A stretch of 64,000 nucleotides of DNA, from NCBI GenBank assembly GCA_905178155.1, contig CAJINV010000017.1, forward strand, positions 124,001-188,000, read 5' to 3'. The stretch's first letter is position 1. Every line of letters starts with the position of its first letter. The translations under genes were made by a program, and so were the position numbers. This document shows positions 24,901-36,900 of the stretch, one piece after another. This DNA comes from Amoebophrya sp. A120. Its lineage: Eukaryota; Protista; Dinoflagellata. The notes below the pieces were generated by a model. The model was not told the DNA's origin. It saw only the letters and a list, made by a program, of their open reading frames with translations, and did not search any database.

Positions 24901-27900
24901 GTCTTTGGGGACAACAAGATCAAGCTGAAGCCGCCCCTTGAGGAGCTGAAAACGAATTACTACAAGGAAATCAAGCAATTCGTCCAGCTCCCGCAGATGT
25001 TCAAGGGCCTGGAGGGCGCCGGCCACATCTTCGCCTCGGTCACAACGAGAAACCCGGATTCCTTGCTGACGGTTTTTCAAAAAGGCGAGAATCTCTTTTC
25101 CAAAGTCAACGACAAAATCTCCGACGCAAGTGGTGATCCGAGTACTACTTCTGCTAAAGGTGGTAAAGACCCTTCAAAAGTTGTACAAGCAAGACAGTCG
25201 GACCTGAACCTGGGCGAATTCCTGAAGTTCGGGCAGCACTGGGAGCAGACGCAGCTGCTGGTTGAGAAGTTTGACGACACAAAGGAATTCGACTTGAATT
25301 TCAAGTTCATCAAGCAGAAGAAGAAGGAGGTGGAGAAAATCCCGGACGTGATAAAGATTGACTGCTTGAAACTGTCGACGGTCTTGCTGAAATCGACGAT
25401 CGAAGACCAACTGGACAAATTTTCCGACTTATTGATCATCACGTTAAAGAAGCAGGTGAACACGAAGATCAAGGAGAAAATGGACTTTTTCGAGCAAAGC
25501 TTGGAAAAGCTGAACGTCCGCCCCGACTCCGTTTCCGAGCTCGGGCAGGCGCAGGCGGAAGCGGCGAAACTGATCGAAAAACAGGAGGAGGTGAAGAGGG
25601 AGTTGAACGATCTGGAGGACAAAGCGCGGCTCTTGAAGTCCGTGTACTCCCAAGCTTTCAACCAATCGGGCGCGGAGGGGGAGAAGATGGTCTTACTGCA
25701 CGAGAAGTACGACGAATTCGAACTCCGGTTGCAGACATTCGAGACCTTAGCGGCGGAACTGCGGGAGGAGCTGCTGTCGAAAATGACGGACAGGGTCGCG
25801 AACATGAATTTAGAAATCGAGAAGTTCGAGTCTAAGTGGCAAGCCTTGAAACCGAAACTTTCCACGAGTACTGCGAAAACCATCACGTTGGTGGAAGCGC
25901 GGGAAAACGCGGAACAGATGGAGAAATCCTGGCTCATCGAATGGGAGGTGTTGAAGTATCCTGTGTAAAAACGTCCCCACCCCAGAGTTGTCATGCAAAT
26001 GTGCAATGACAGGAACATTTGTAGTGCGGATCTGCATGAGAGGCATTTCCAATCGTGTTTTGGACTTTGTAATGCTGTAAACAGGATGAGAGGCTGGCTT
26101 TCTTATGCGGCTGCCCTTGCTAAACAGCACGACGTTACAGATGGAAACTTGCCATGCAAAACTCCCAAAAAATGGAGATTTGTGTTGCAGATTTACTAAG
26201 TTGTCAATTGACCATGGGGTGGGGACGTTTTTACACAGGATATGAAGACGGAACTCGATCAGCTGTTATCCGATTGTCGGGACTTCGGATTACCAAAACC
26301 CGATTTGATCGACTACGAACCGCTGGAAAAGGATTTGACGAAGCAGCAGGCCTCCTGGAGTATGCACTGCAAAAGTATCGTACAAGTATAAATTGGAATT
26401 GCATTACAAATTTTCCCAAGAACAAAAATGCAATTTGTCATGCTATTTCACGTAGAAAGTTGGATTTGTCATGCATATCTGCAATCAGTACGAGTGGGAT
26501 ACTTTTGCACAGGATATGGAGTCTGTTCCAGCAATTCATCGAGGAAGTGGACGAGTTATCGAAGCAGTTGTGGTATCAAATGTACAAATGTCTGGGTCTG
26601 GAAAAATGCAACTTGTGATGCTGCATTTGGATTCCAAAGAAACCTGTACTGCATGAGCAGCAAAATGAGTGTATTTTTTGCTTCGGGGAGAGGGCATTTG
26701 TCATGCGGACTAGGCATCAAGAAGCCCAGGAAAAATCTGTGATGCCAGGGCATGCGTCGCAGACATTACGACTCATGAAAAACCGCATGACAAGTTTCAG
26801 AATCCTCCAGACCCAGACACTTTTGCAATCCATATGTGGATCGAATTTCGCCCGAGGTTGTTCAAATTCCCGGATTTGTGCATCGCCTGGGAAACGAAGC
26901 TGCGCGAGATCATGGCGGTGGGTGGCATAAAGGAACAAACAGTTTCTGATCATACTGCAACCGCGAAGGAGAAGGACAAAGACACCACAGCTGCGACCAC
27001 CGCCGCAGGAAGTGGTGCAAGCAATAAGCAGCCGAAACTGATTCCCATCGACAATGCGGTGATTGCGATTCTCGCCGAGCAGATTTCGAAACTGCGGCAA
27101 GCCCACTCCGTGCTGAAATCCATGACGGGCGAGGCCTTCGAGAAGGAGCACTGGCGGTTGCTGTTTCAAATGCTACACTTAGATAGCACGATTAGCATAA
27201 ACAACGTGCAGGTTTTTCACTTCATACAAAAACTCGAATTAATGCTCCAGAACGAGGCGAAGATCAAGGAACTCGCGGCGCGCGCACTGGGCGAGGTGAC
27301 CATTCGCGAGGCTTTGATGGAAATCACGTCCTGGTTAGAGCTGACCGTTTTCGAATTCACGTTTCACACCACGAATGACGGCTCGAATTTCCAAGTGCCC
27401 CTGGTGAAGGAGTGGAAAGACCTACTCTCCGCGGTGTCCGACAAACAGGCCCTGTGCAACAGCTTGAAGGACAGCCGGTACTTCGCGAGCTTCAAGGACC
27501 AGACGGAGTCGTACTCGGAAAAGCTGGCTTTGCTCGACCAGACGTTGCTTCTGATGAACAAGGTGCAGCGGAAATACGTGTATCTCGAGCCGATTTTCGC
27601 CCGGGGGGCTTTGCCGAAGGAACGGGAACGGTTCGAGCGGGTGAACCGCGATTACAAGCAGATGATGAAGAACTTCCACCAGGCGAAGAAAGTGCAGTAT
27701 ATCTGCCAAATCCGCGGGATAGCGGAACAATTCATCTCCTTACAGGATCAGTTGGACCGGTGTCAGAAGGCTTTGAACACGTACTTGGAGGAAAAGCGGC
27801 AGTTTTTCCCGCGCCTGTACTTCCTCGGGGACGAAGATTTACTGGAAATTCTCGGCCAGAGCTCCAACCCGGCCGTGATCCAAACGCATCTGAAAAAGCT

Positions 27901-30900
27901 GTTCATGGGGATCCACAGTGTCGAGTTCGAACCGAAGACGAAGCGGATTTTGTGCATGAAAAGCTCCCTGAATGAGGTTGTGGAGCTGGTCAACCCCATC
28001 GCGGTGCTGCAGGACGGGAATAACAGTTTCGACGATGACGGGAGGAAAAACGACCCGCGGCCGGTGGAGCAGTGGCTGTCGGAACTCGCCGCGCAGATGG
28101 TGAAAACTTTGTCGACGAACCTGAACAAGTGCCTGCAGAACGGAAACGACTTAAACCTCGGGAAGTTCCCGTCGCAAATCCTCAACCTCTCCGGGGAGAT
28201 TTTGTTCACGAACCAGTGCGAGAATGCGATCCAGACGAGGCAAATTCCGCAACTGCAGCAGAAACTGATGCAGGATTTGCAGCAGTTGACCAGTTTAAAA
28301 GCGCAGAAAGCGAAGGACGTTTTGCAACAAGCGAAGTTGAAGGCGTTAATTCTCGACGTGATTCATCAGAGAACGGTTTTGGACGACATTGTGAACTGCC
28401 ACAGTCTCCACGACTGGCCGTGGTACCGGCAGCTGAAGTACTACAATCTGAGCACGAAGACGGAAGCGCGGATGCTCGAAGCGAAGCAGAACTACACCTT
28501 TGAGTACCAAGGGAATTTTCCGAAACTCGTCCACACGCCTTTAATATCCACAGAAAAAAACCCATCCACATCCATTTTTTGCATGACAAGCAAAGGAATT
28601 TATGCGTGTTCTGCATGACAAATTGTATGTGGATGGGTTTTTTTCCGTGGATATTTAACGGACAAATGCTACTTGACCATGATGCACGGCATGCATCTCG
28701 GGTACGGGGGGAACCCCTATGGGCCGGCGGGCACCGGGAAAACAGAATCGGTCAAGGCTCTCGGGGCGCAACTGGGCCGGCAGGTTTTGGTTTTCAACTG
28801 CGACGAGGGAATCGACTACCAAGCGATGGCGAGAATCTTCATCGGATTAGTCCGCTGCGGCGCTTGGGGGTGCTTCGACGAGTTTAATCGATTGCTGGAG
28901 GAACAAATGTCGGCGATCTCGCAATTGATCCAAATCATTCAGCACGGGATCAAGTCGAGTCAGAAGGAGATCTGTTTCAACGAGAAAGAGCAGACGAAAA
29001 TCCCTTTGAATCTCAACGCCGGAGTTTTTATCACGTTGAACCCGGCGGTAAAGGGCTACGGGGGCAGGCAGAAACTACCCGACAACTTGAAGCAGCTTTT
29101 TCGGCCCGTCGCGATGTCCGCTCCGGATAACGAAATCATCGCGGAAGTTCTACTGTTTTCCGAAGGCTACACCTCCGCACACAAACTGGCGAAGAAAATT
29201 GTTTCGCTGTTTCTCCTCTCAAAGCAACTTTTGTCTCCCCAGCAACACTACGATTGGGGGTTGCGGGCGCTGAAGACGGTATTGACGCTCGCTGGGAGAA
29301 GTCTCTACGAGGAACGGAACAGCAACACTAGTGGAACAGCAGCGAATCTGGATGCGGATGGCTTCGAGGCACTGATTCTGTTGAAAGCGACGCGGATGAA
29401 CACGTTGTCAAAATTGACTTACGCGGATGCGAAGCGATTCGAGGATTTGTGTAAGGACGTCTTCCCGCAGATTTCGGTGAAAGACATGGAGTACAAGGAG
29501 CTGGAGGAATACATCCGGATTTCTTTGAAGGAGCTGAAACTCAACGTGATCGAGTCGCAGATCACCAAAATGCTGCAGTTCCACGAGGCCTGTCAGCAGC
29601 GGATGGGCGTCGGCATCGTCGGCCCGTCCGGGTGCGGGAAATCCACGATTTGGCAGGTTTTGGCCCACGCGTACAACACGATGGCGACTTCATCTTCTGG
29701 TGGGGGTAGTAAAACTTCCTCGTCCTCCACGAAGATGGAAATCCACATCATGAACCCGAAGTCCATGCCCAGAAAGCAGCTACTCGGATACATGAACTTG
29801 GACACTCGGGAGTGGTTCGACGGAGTTCTAACCGTTTCGGCGAGGAATGTCGTGAAGTCGGCCGACAACACGTCTGGCACTTCTAGCAGCTCTGGAAATA
29901 GTGGCTCTGGCGGTGACAGCGGCACCACATCTTCCGGGACAAGTTCTGGTGGAGCAGGAGACCAAACGTTGTTAAACACCCGCTCCTGGATCATTTGCGA
30001 TGGCGACATCGATCCGGAGTGGGTGGAATCTCTGAACTCCGTCTTGGATGACAACCGGTTGCTCACTTTGCCCAACGGGGAGCGAATCCAATTTGGCTCG
30101 AATGTGAATTTCATCTTTGAAACGCACTCTTTACTCTACGCATCCCCCGCGACAGTCACCCGGATGGGGATGATCTTCCTCAGTGAGGAAGATGTGGACG
30201 TGAAGCGGTTATTGAAATCTTGGATCATGTCGAAACCGGAGTTTCTGCAGTATCAAATGTAAAAAAAATGTCTGGGTCTGGAAGATTGCAACTTGTCATG
30301 CTGTTTTTGGACTCTAAAAAAATTTGCATTGCATGAACAGCAAGAGGGGTATAATTTGTGCTACACGGACAGGGCATTTCTCATCCGGAAGGTGCATCAG
30401 GAAGCCCTCTAAAAGTCTGCGATGCTAAGTCATGCATTACAGGCATCATGGGTCATGAGAAATATGCATGACAAATCTTGCATTCTTCCAGACCCAGACA
30501 CTTTTGCATTTGATATGCAGGCGAAGCTCGATTCCTGGTTCGAGAAAATCTTCTTCAAGGCCTTCAATTGGATCTTTGGAGCAGGAGGTGCTAGCACTGG
30601 ATCTGGTGTCACACCACCACCAGCGAAAAAACTGGCAATTGACACGACGATGTTCGGCATGGTCAGGAACGTGTTGGGGAATTTACCCTGCAAGCAGAAT
30701 CCGATCACAAACAAGTTCCCGGAAATCACCGAAGGGCAATTCGTTTTAGCCGTGATTCACGGATTTGGGTGCAACTTGAACTTTGAGGACAGACAAGAGT
30801 TCGCACGACAGGTCTTCGAGTGGAGCGGGAATCGGTTACCGGACCCGTCTGACCCGCTGAATGCAGCGGTGGAGGTGGCGGAAGACGGGAAAGCTGGCGG

Positions 30901-33900
30901 CGGGCATATCACGACGATCGCCGGAGCAAGTAGCAGCTTCGGAATAAACGCGGGGTTTGGTGGACAAGAAGCAGCACCAGCGTCCTCCGATGACGAACTG
31001 GTCCCGACCAAGACCGTGCAGAAGCAGCTGCAACTCTTCTACACGTGGCTCGAGGATGAGCAGCCGATCATTCTTCAAGGGCCGGAGGGCTGTGGGAAGA
31101 ACATGCTGCTGCGGTACTGCGTGTCCAAAGTGTCTGAGAAGCTGCAACAAGTCATCAACATCGCGGTGGTCCACTGCAACGGACAGACGTCCAGCATCCA
31201 CGTGCTGCAGAAGTTGCGGCAGTTTTGCGCGGTGGTCACGTCCGGGACCACCGGGAAGATTTACCGGCCGCGGTCGGGCAGGAGGCTGATTCTGTACTTG
31301 AAGGACATCAACTTACCCAAGCCGGACAAGTACAGCACCAGTCAAATCATCGCCTTTCTCCAGCAGGTCTGCATGCACAAGGGGTTTTACGACGAGGATC
31401 TGGAATTCGTCACTTTGGAAAACGTCCAGATCGTCTGCTCCATGGCACCGTGCTCCACGTCCGGCAGGCATCACGTGTCCACCCGGTTCACCGCGAACGT
31501 GCGGATTGCGCACTTATTCTACCCGGATAAGGAGGAATTGGTGGAGATTTGCGCGGAGCTGCTGAAGAGGAATTTCAACAACTTGTCCGATAATACTGCT
31601 TCTGCGACGATTATGGACAGCGCATTTTCGACGATTCTTGCAACCGCGATGGTGGAACTTTACACCCAAATCCGGGAGAAATTCACGGTGGATTTGTACG
31701 AGCACTACGTGTTTTCACCGAGGGATTTGACGCTGTGCGTCCAGCAGTTGGTCCGCTATTTGCCGGAAGATCAGGATTTGTCACAGGTTGATGGCAACGA
31801 GCTAAAGAAACACTTAGTCGAGGCATTTCAAAACGAAGCGAGACACATCTTCCGGGACCGGCTGGTTAAGGACGATCAGGTGAACTTCGACCACATGCTG
31901 AGTAACGTCTGTTTCCAGGCGTTCAGCCACGGGAATCTGCTGTCGAACCAGAAAAGCAGTTCAAATCCGAACCAAAAGCAGCTCTACACGTCGTTATTGA
32001 CTCGCGTCGGTGGCTCGAATTTCGCATCCTGCACGGGCGTGCTGAGCAAGATCGAGAATAGCAAGGATTACCTGTCGCTTTTGAAGGATGGGCTCACAGT
32101 GTATGAACGGGAGATCAAGCAACTGAACATCGAATTGTTCCCCGAGGTGATTGAAAATCTCTCGAAACTAGATCGCGTCTTGGCCAGTAAACAGAAAAAC
32201 GACCTGTTTCTCATCGGCCGCGCGGGGGTTGGGAGGAGATCGCTAATCTACTTAATGGGCCATCTCCAGTGCATGAACGTCTTTTCCCCGCAACTATCGA
32301 CGAGGTACGGGAAGAAGGAGTGGGCGCGGGACTTGAAGCAGGTCATGCAGTCCACGGGGATTGAGAAGCAGGAAACGATCTTTTTCATCGAGGACCACCA
32401 TTTGCAGGCGGGCGAAGATTTTATGGTGGAGACGCTGAACAGTTTATTGTCCGCGGGAGAGGTTCCCGGTTTGTACACCGCGGAAGAATTGGAACCGTTG
32501 CTCAATCCACTAAAGCAAGAATTCGCGGAAAAGCAGGACAGCAACAGCAATTCCGGTGCCGCTGGGAACGCGATGCCGAAAACGCTTTTCGAGTACTTCG
32601 TCCAGGAAGTTAGGCTTCATTTGCGGGTCGTGCTCTCTATGGACTTCACGCACCCGCACTTCCGCGCGAACTGCGCCAGCAATCCGGCGTTGTTTAAGGA
32701 CTGCGCCGTCATTTGGATGGACGAGTGGACGGAAGAAGGGAAGGAGTTTGTGTGCAACGCGCGGATGCAAGAATTTCTCGGCGACGTCTTGGTTTCGGGG
32801 AAAAAGATGAAGGAGCAAACTGCGAAAAAGGGAGAGATCGACTTCGGGAATTCGGGGAATAAGCAAGTGGCGCCGAGTGACCAGTCGATCGTCCCGGCGC
32901 TGGCGCAGTTCGCGCGGAAGGTGCACAACGCGCAGCTGAAGTTCGGCGCGACGCCGAAAGCGTTGGTGACTTTGCTCCAAAATTGCTACAGCATCTACCA
33001 GAAGAAAATCGCGAGTTCCAGTGGGAAGAAGGAGCATCTGGAGAAGGGTTTGAAGAAGCTCCAAGAGGTCTATCAAACGGTTGAAACGCTGCAGGAAGAC
33101 GCCGTGACGAAGCAAATCACCTTGCAAGAGAAGCAGTTACAAGCCCAGCAGGCGTTGGAGAAGATCCGACGGGCGATGGGGCGGGCGGCGGAGCGGAAAC
33201 AGGAAGTCACCGAGTTGGAGAAACTCACCTCGCAGGACGAGAGTGTGAACAAGGAGGAGAAGGCGAAAATCGAGGAGGAGCTGTCGCAGATTAAGCCAAT
33301 TTTAGACGCGGCGAAGAAAGCCGTGGGAAGTATCAAGCAAGACCACTTGAGCGAAATCCGGTCGCTGAAGATGCCCCCAGAGCCGATTCACGACGTGCTG
33401 CAGGGGGTTTTAAGGATCATGGGCAACTACGACGCCAGTTGGGGGAGCATGAAAAAGTATCAGTCTTTCTGCTTCTGCTTCTCTGATTCTACTTTTACGA
33501 TGAATACGAACTACGTGCATACTAGTTACACACATTATTTCGCACCCTGATTGCGCCGGCACCGCAATGCGAATGCTTATAGAAGTTTTTGAGACCACCT
33601 TGCAAGATGTTCACGATCACACACGACATCACCAGGTTCCTCACCGGCGCGGGCATGATCCAAAAAATCTTGAATTTCAATGTGCGCAACATCACCCCGG
33701 AGATCCGGCGCGACGTGGAGAAACTGGTGAACGAGAAAGCCAACAGCTACGACCCGCAGGTCATCTACCGCGTCTCCGTCGCCGCGGCGCCCCTCGCCAA
33801 GTGGGTGGTCGCGAGCCTGAAGTACGCGAGTGTGTTGGAAAGAATCGCCCCGATGGAAACGAAGTTACAGCAGGCCACCGACGCCCTGTCCTCCGTGCAG

Positions 33901-36900
33901 TCCCGGCTGTTCGAGTGCCGGGACCAGCTCGCGCAGATCGACCAGGAAGTCGCGGACTTGCAGAACGAGTTCGAGTATCCTGTGCAAAAGTATCGTACTC
34001 GTATAAGTCCAGTGCAGGTCTTGCATTACAAATCTTGTTCCCAAGGCAAATCTGCATTACAAATTTTATTTCTCATGCTGAGGAAATTTGTAATGCATTT
34101 ATATATACGACGAGCGCGATACTTGTTTTGCAGTTCATATCGAGCAACGCACCCAGGAAGCAACGGTGTTACAGATGGACCTGGACCAGGCGCAGAAAAC
34201 GCTGCAGAAGGCGAATATGGATGTGTCAGGATTGAAATCGCCAAAGTTGAAACGATTTGCCATGCATAAAATGGATCCCTGTTGGCGCCTAGTTTTCAAG
34301 TGGCGCATGACAAATTTGGGTAGAGCCGCAATCCAGTTTGTAATGCTGTTTGGGTAAGGAAGACGCCTTTTGTCATGCTACTCCAGCAGCTCTATTGCTA
34401 CCCCTCAACAGGCTTACAATCAGCCTCCCTTGCCTAGTCTGCAAGACAGGCATTTTGTGGGTTGCGTTTTATGCATCACAAACTATTTCAACTTTGACGA
34501 TTTCAATCCTGACGCTTCCATAGCGAAGTCTTTGATCGGAAAATTGTCCGGCGAGAAGGACCGGTGGTCGCAACAAGTGTCGGAGATCAAGAAAAACGCG
34601 AGACAGTTGCCGATCCACAGTCTGCTCGCCGCGGCCGCGATCACCTATTTGGGCAGCTTTTCGGAAGACGTGCGAGAGGCGTGTCAGCGCACGTGGCTGT
34701 CTGACAGCAACCAGGAATTTTCGTTTCTGAGGTTTATGGCGACGGAATCGGAGCTCTTAACTTGGAAGCAGTTGGGGCTCCCGGGGGACCAATTGTCGCA
34801 GGAAAACGGAGTGTTGATCCAGAACGCAGTACGGGTTCCGTTCATCGTGGATCCGAACACGCAGGCGGTGGTGTGGTTGGAGAATTATTTGAACTCAGAT
34901 AGCAGTTCTGGTGCGAACAAATCGTCGGCAACAACATCCTCACGTGGCTCGCAGTCCTCCGTAGAGGTCTGTTTGCAGCAGGACCCAAAGATTCTGACCA
35001 AGTTGGAACTGGGAGTCCGGTTCGGAAAAACGTTGATTCTGAAGGAGGTCGAAACCGTCCCCGCGGTGCTTTTCCCCGTGCTGCGGGAGGAGTTTACGAA
35101 GCAGGGGCCGAGGCTGGTCGTGCAGGTTGGGGAGAGGAGTTGCGACTACAACGAGTCGTTTAAACTGTTTCTCTGCACGCGGGCGTCTAATGCGTATTTA
35201 CCGCCGAACGCGAAGGACCTCGTGACGCAAATCAACTTTTCCGTGACCAGAGCGGGGTTGGAAGGGCAACTGTTGAACGTGACTCTGGCGCATGAGAAGC
35301 CAGAACTGGAATCCAGGAAATCAGAGCTACTTCAGAGGGAGGAGGCGTTGAAGGTTTCCTTGGAGGAGTTGGAAACGTTACTTCTCGAGCAGCTGGCCGA
35401 CAGCAGCGGGAATTTGCTGGAAAACGAGAATTTGATCCAGTCCTTGGAGCAGACGAAGCAATCCGCGAACGGGATTAAGGAATCTCTCGAGGAGTCGACG
35501 GTCTTACAGAAGGACTTGGACGACCAGCGGAACGCGTACCGACCGTTGGCGGTGCTAGGGTCGAAATTGTTCATTTTGTTGAAGGACTTCAACACGATTG
35601 GGCACATGTACCGGTTTTCGCTGGAATTCTTCATCGAGATCTTCAACCAAGTTTTGGGTTCCATCAGCAGCAACTACGGGGGCCAGAACCGAAATTTGAA
35701 CCCGCAGCAAGTTTCGAGCAAAATTCGGGAGTTGGAGCGAGCTCTGCAGGTTGAAGTTTTGCACAGATGCAGCAGGTCGGTCTTCAAAGCAGACAGGCTG
35801 ACGTTTGGAGTCCACTTGGTGAACGGCATTTACGCGACAACAGGCGCTGCGAGTAAAGGGGGGTCTGGTGCGGCTGGGGGTCAGGGCGGAACCAGCCCAC
35901 AGGAAATCATCTTCCAGGAAAACGAGTGGGAGTTCTTTCTCGGGTCGTTCATCCCGCAGCAGAAATCCAATCTTCCCCCGATCAACTGGTGCCCGGCGGA
36001 GCGGGAAGAGGCCCTGAGCAAACTGCGTTCCGCGTTTCCGAAATACGAGGACAACTGGGGCTTGCAGCAGAATTCGAACAGTTGGCTCCAGTGGTGCCAG
36101 TCGGACAAGGCGGAGGAGCAGTTTCCGTCCGAGTCCTTCCCGCGCATGTCCGCGTGGCAGCGGGTTTTGCTCCTCCAAGCCGTCCGGCCGGACCGATTAG
36201 AGTCCGGGCTGACGAAGTTCTGCGCGGATATGTTGATTGCGAACTACGGCGGGAAACTCGGGTCGGAGCACTCGTTATCGCCGCCGCCTTTATCGCTGCA
36301 GAAATTAGTCGCGGAGGAACTGACCACGCCGGAAAAGTACGTTTTGTTCTTGACCACGACGGGCGCGGACCCATCGGTCGAGCTGGAAGAGTTCGCGACC
36401 GCGCATCTGGAAAAAGTGAATCTGCAGGCCGGCAACACGACGAATTTTGCGTTCCGCGAAATGGCGATGGGCGGGGGACAAAACGAAGAGGCACTGGAGA
36501 TGTTGAGAAGTTGCGCGAAGCACGGGGATTGGTTGTTGTTGAAGAATTTGCACTTGGTGATTTCGTGGCTACCGCAATTGGAGAAAGAGCTGAAGCAAAT
36601 CGCGTCTTCTTCCAACAACAACACTTCTGATCAGGAACCTCTGTGTCACAGCAACTTCCGGTGTTTTCTGACAACGGAAGTCCACCAGAAATTCCCGACC
36701 ATTCTCCTCGAATCCAGTCTGAAAATTACCTACGAAGCGCCCCCGGGGGTGAAGAAAAATCTGCAGCGGACCTTCGAATCTTGGACCCCGGAGTACTTCG
36801 ACGGGCAAGCGGTATTGCGGGTGAACGACCAAGTTCTGCGAAGCCAAATTCTCTTCCTCTGCGCGCACTTCCACGCCATCGTCCAGGAAAGGAGAACGTA

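Noticed and set aside
25077-26018. Long minus-strand ORFs (for example 25077-26018, 16333-17355, 58489-59475)
   Set aside because: They are antisense shadows of GC3-rich + strand genes and carry no recognisable motifs.
25956-26247. Apparent GT...AG introns at elements whose TSD ends in AG (25957, 26361, 30251, 33976, 53769)
   Set aside because: Using the GT at -1 and the AG at the end of the second TSD removes one base too many and frameshifts the protein.
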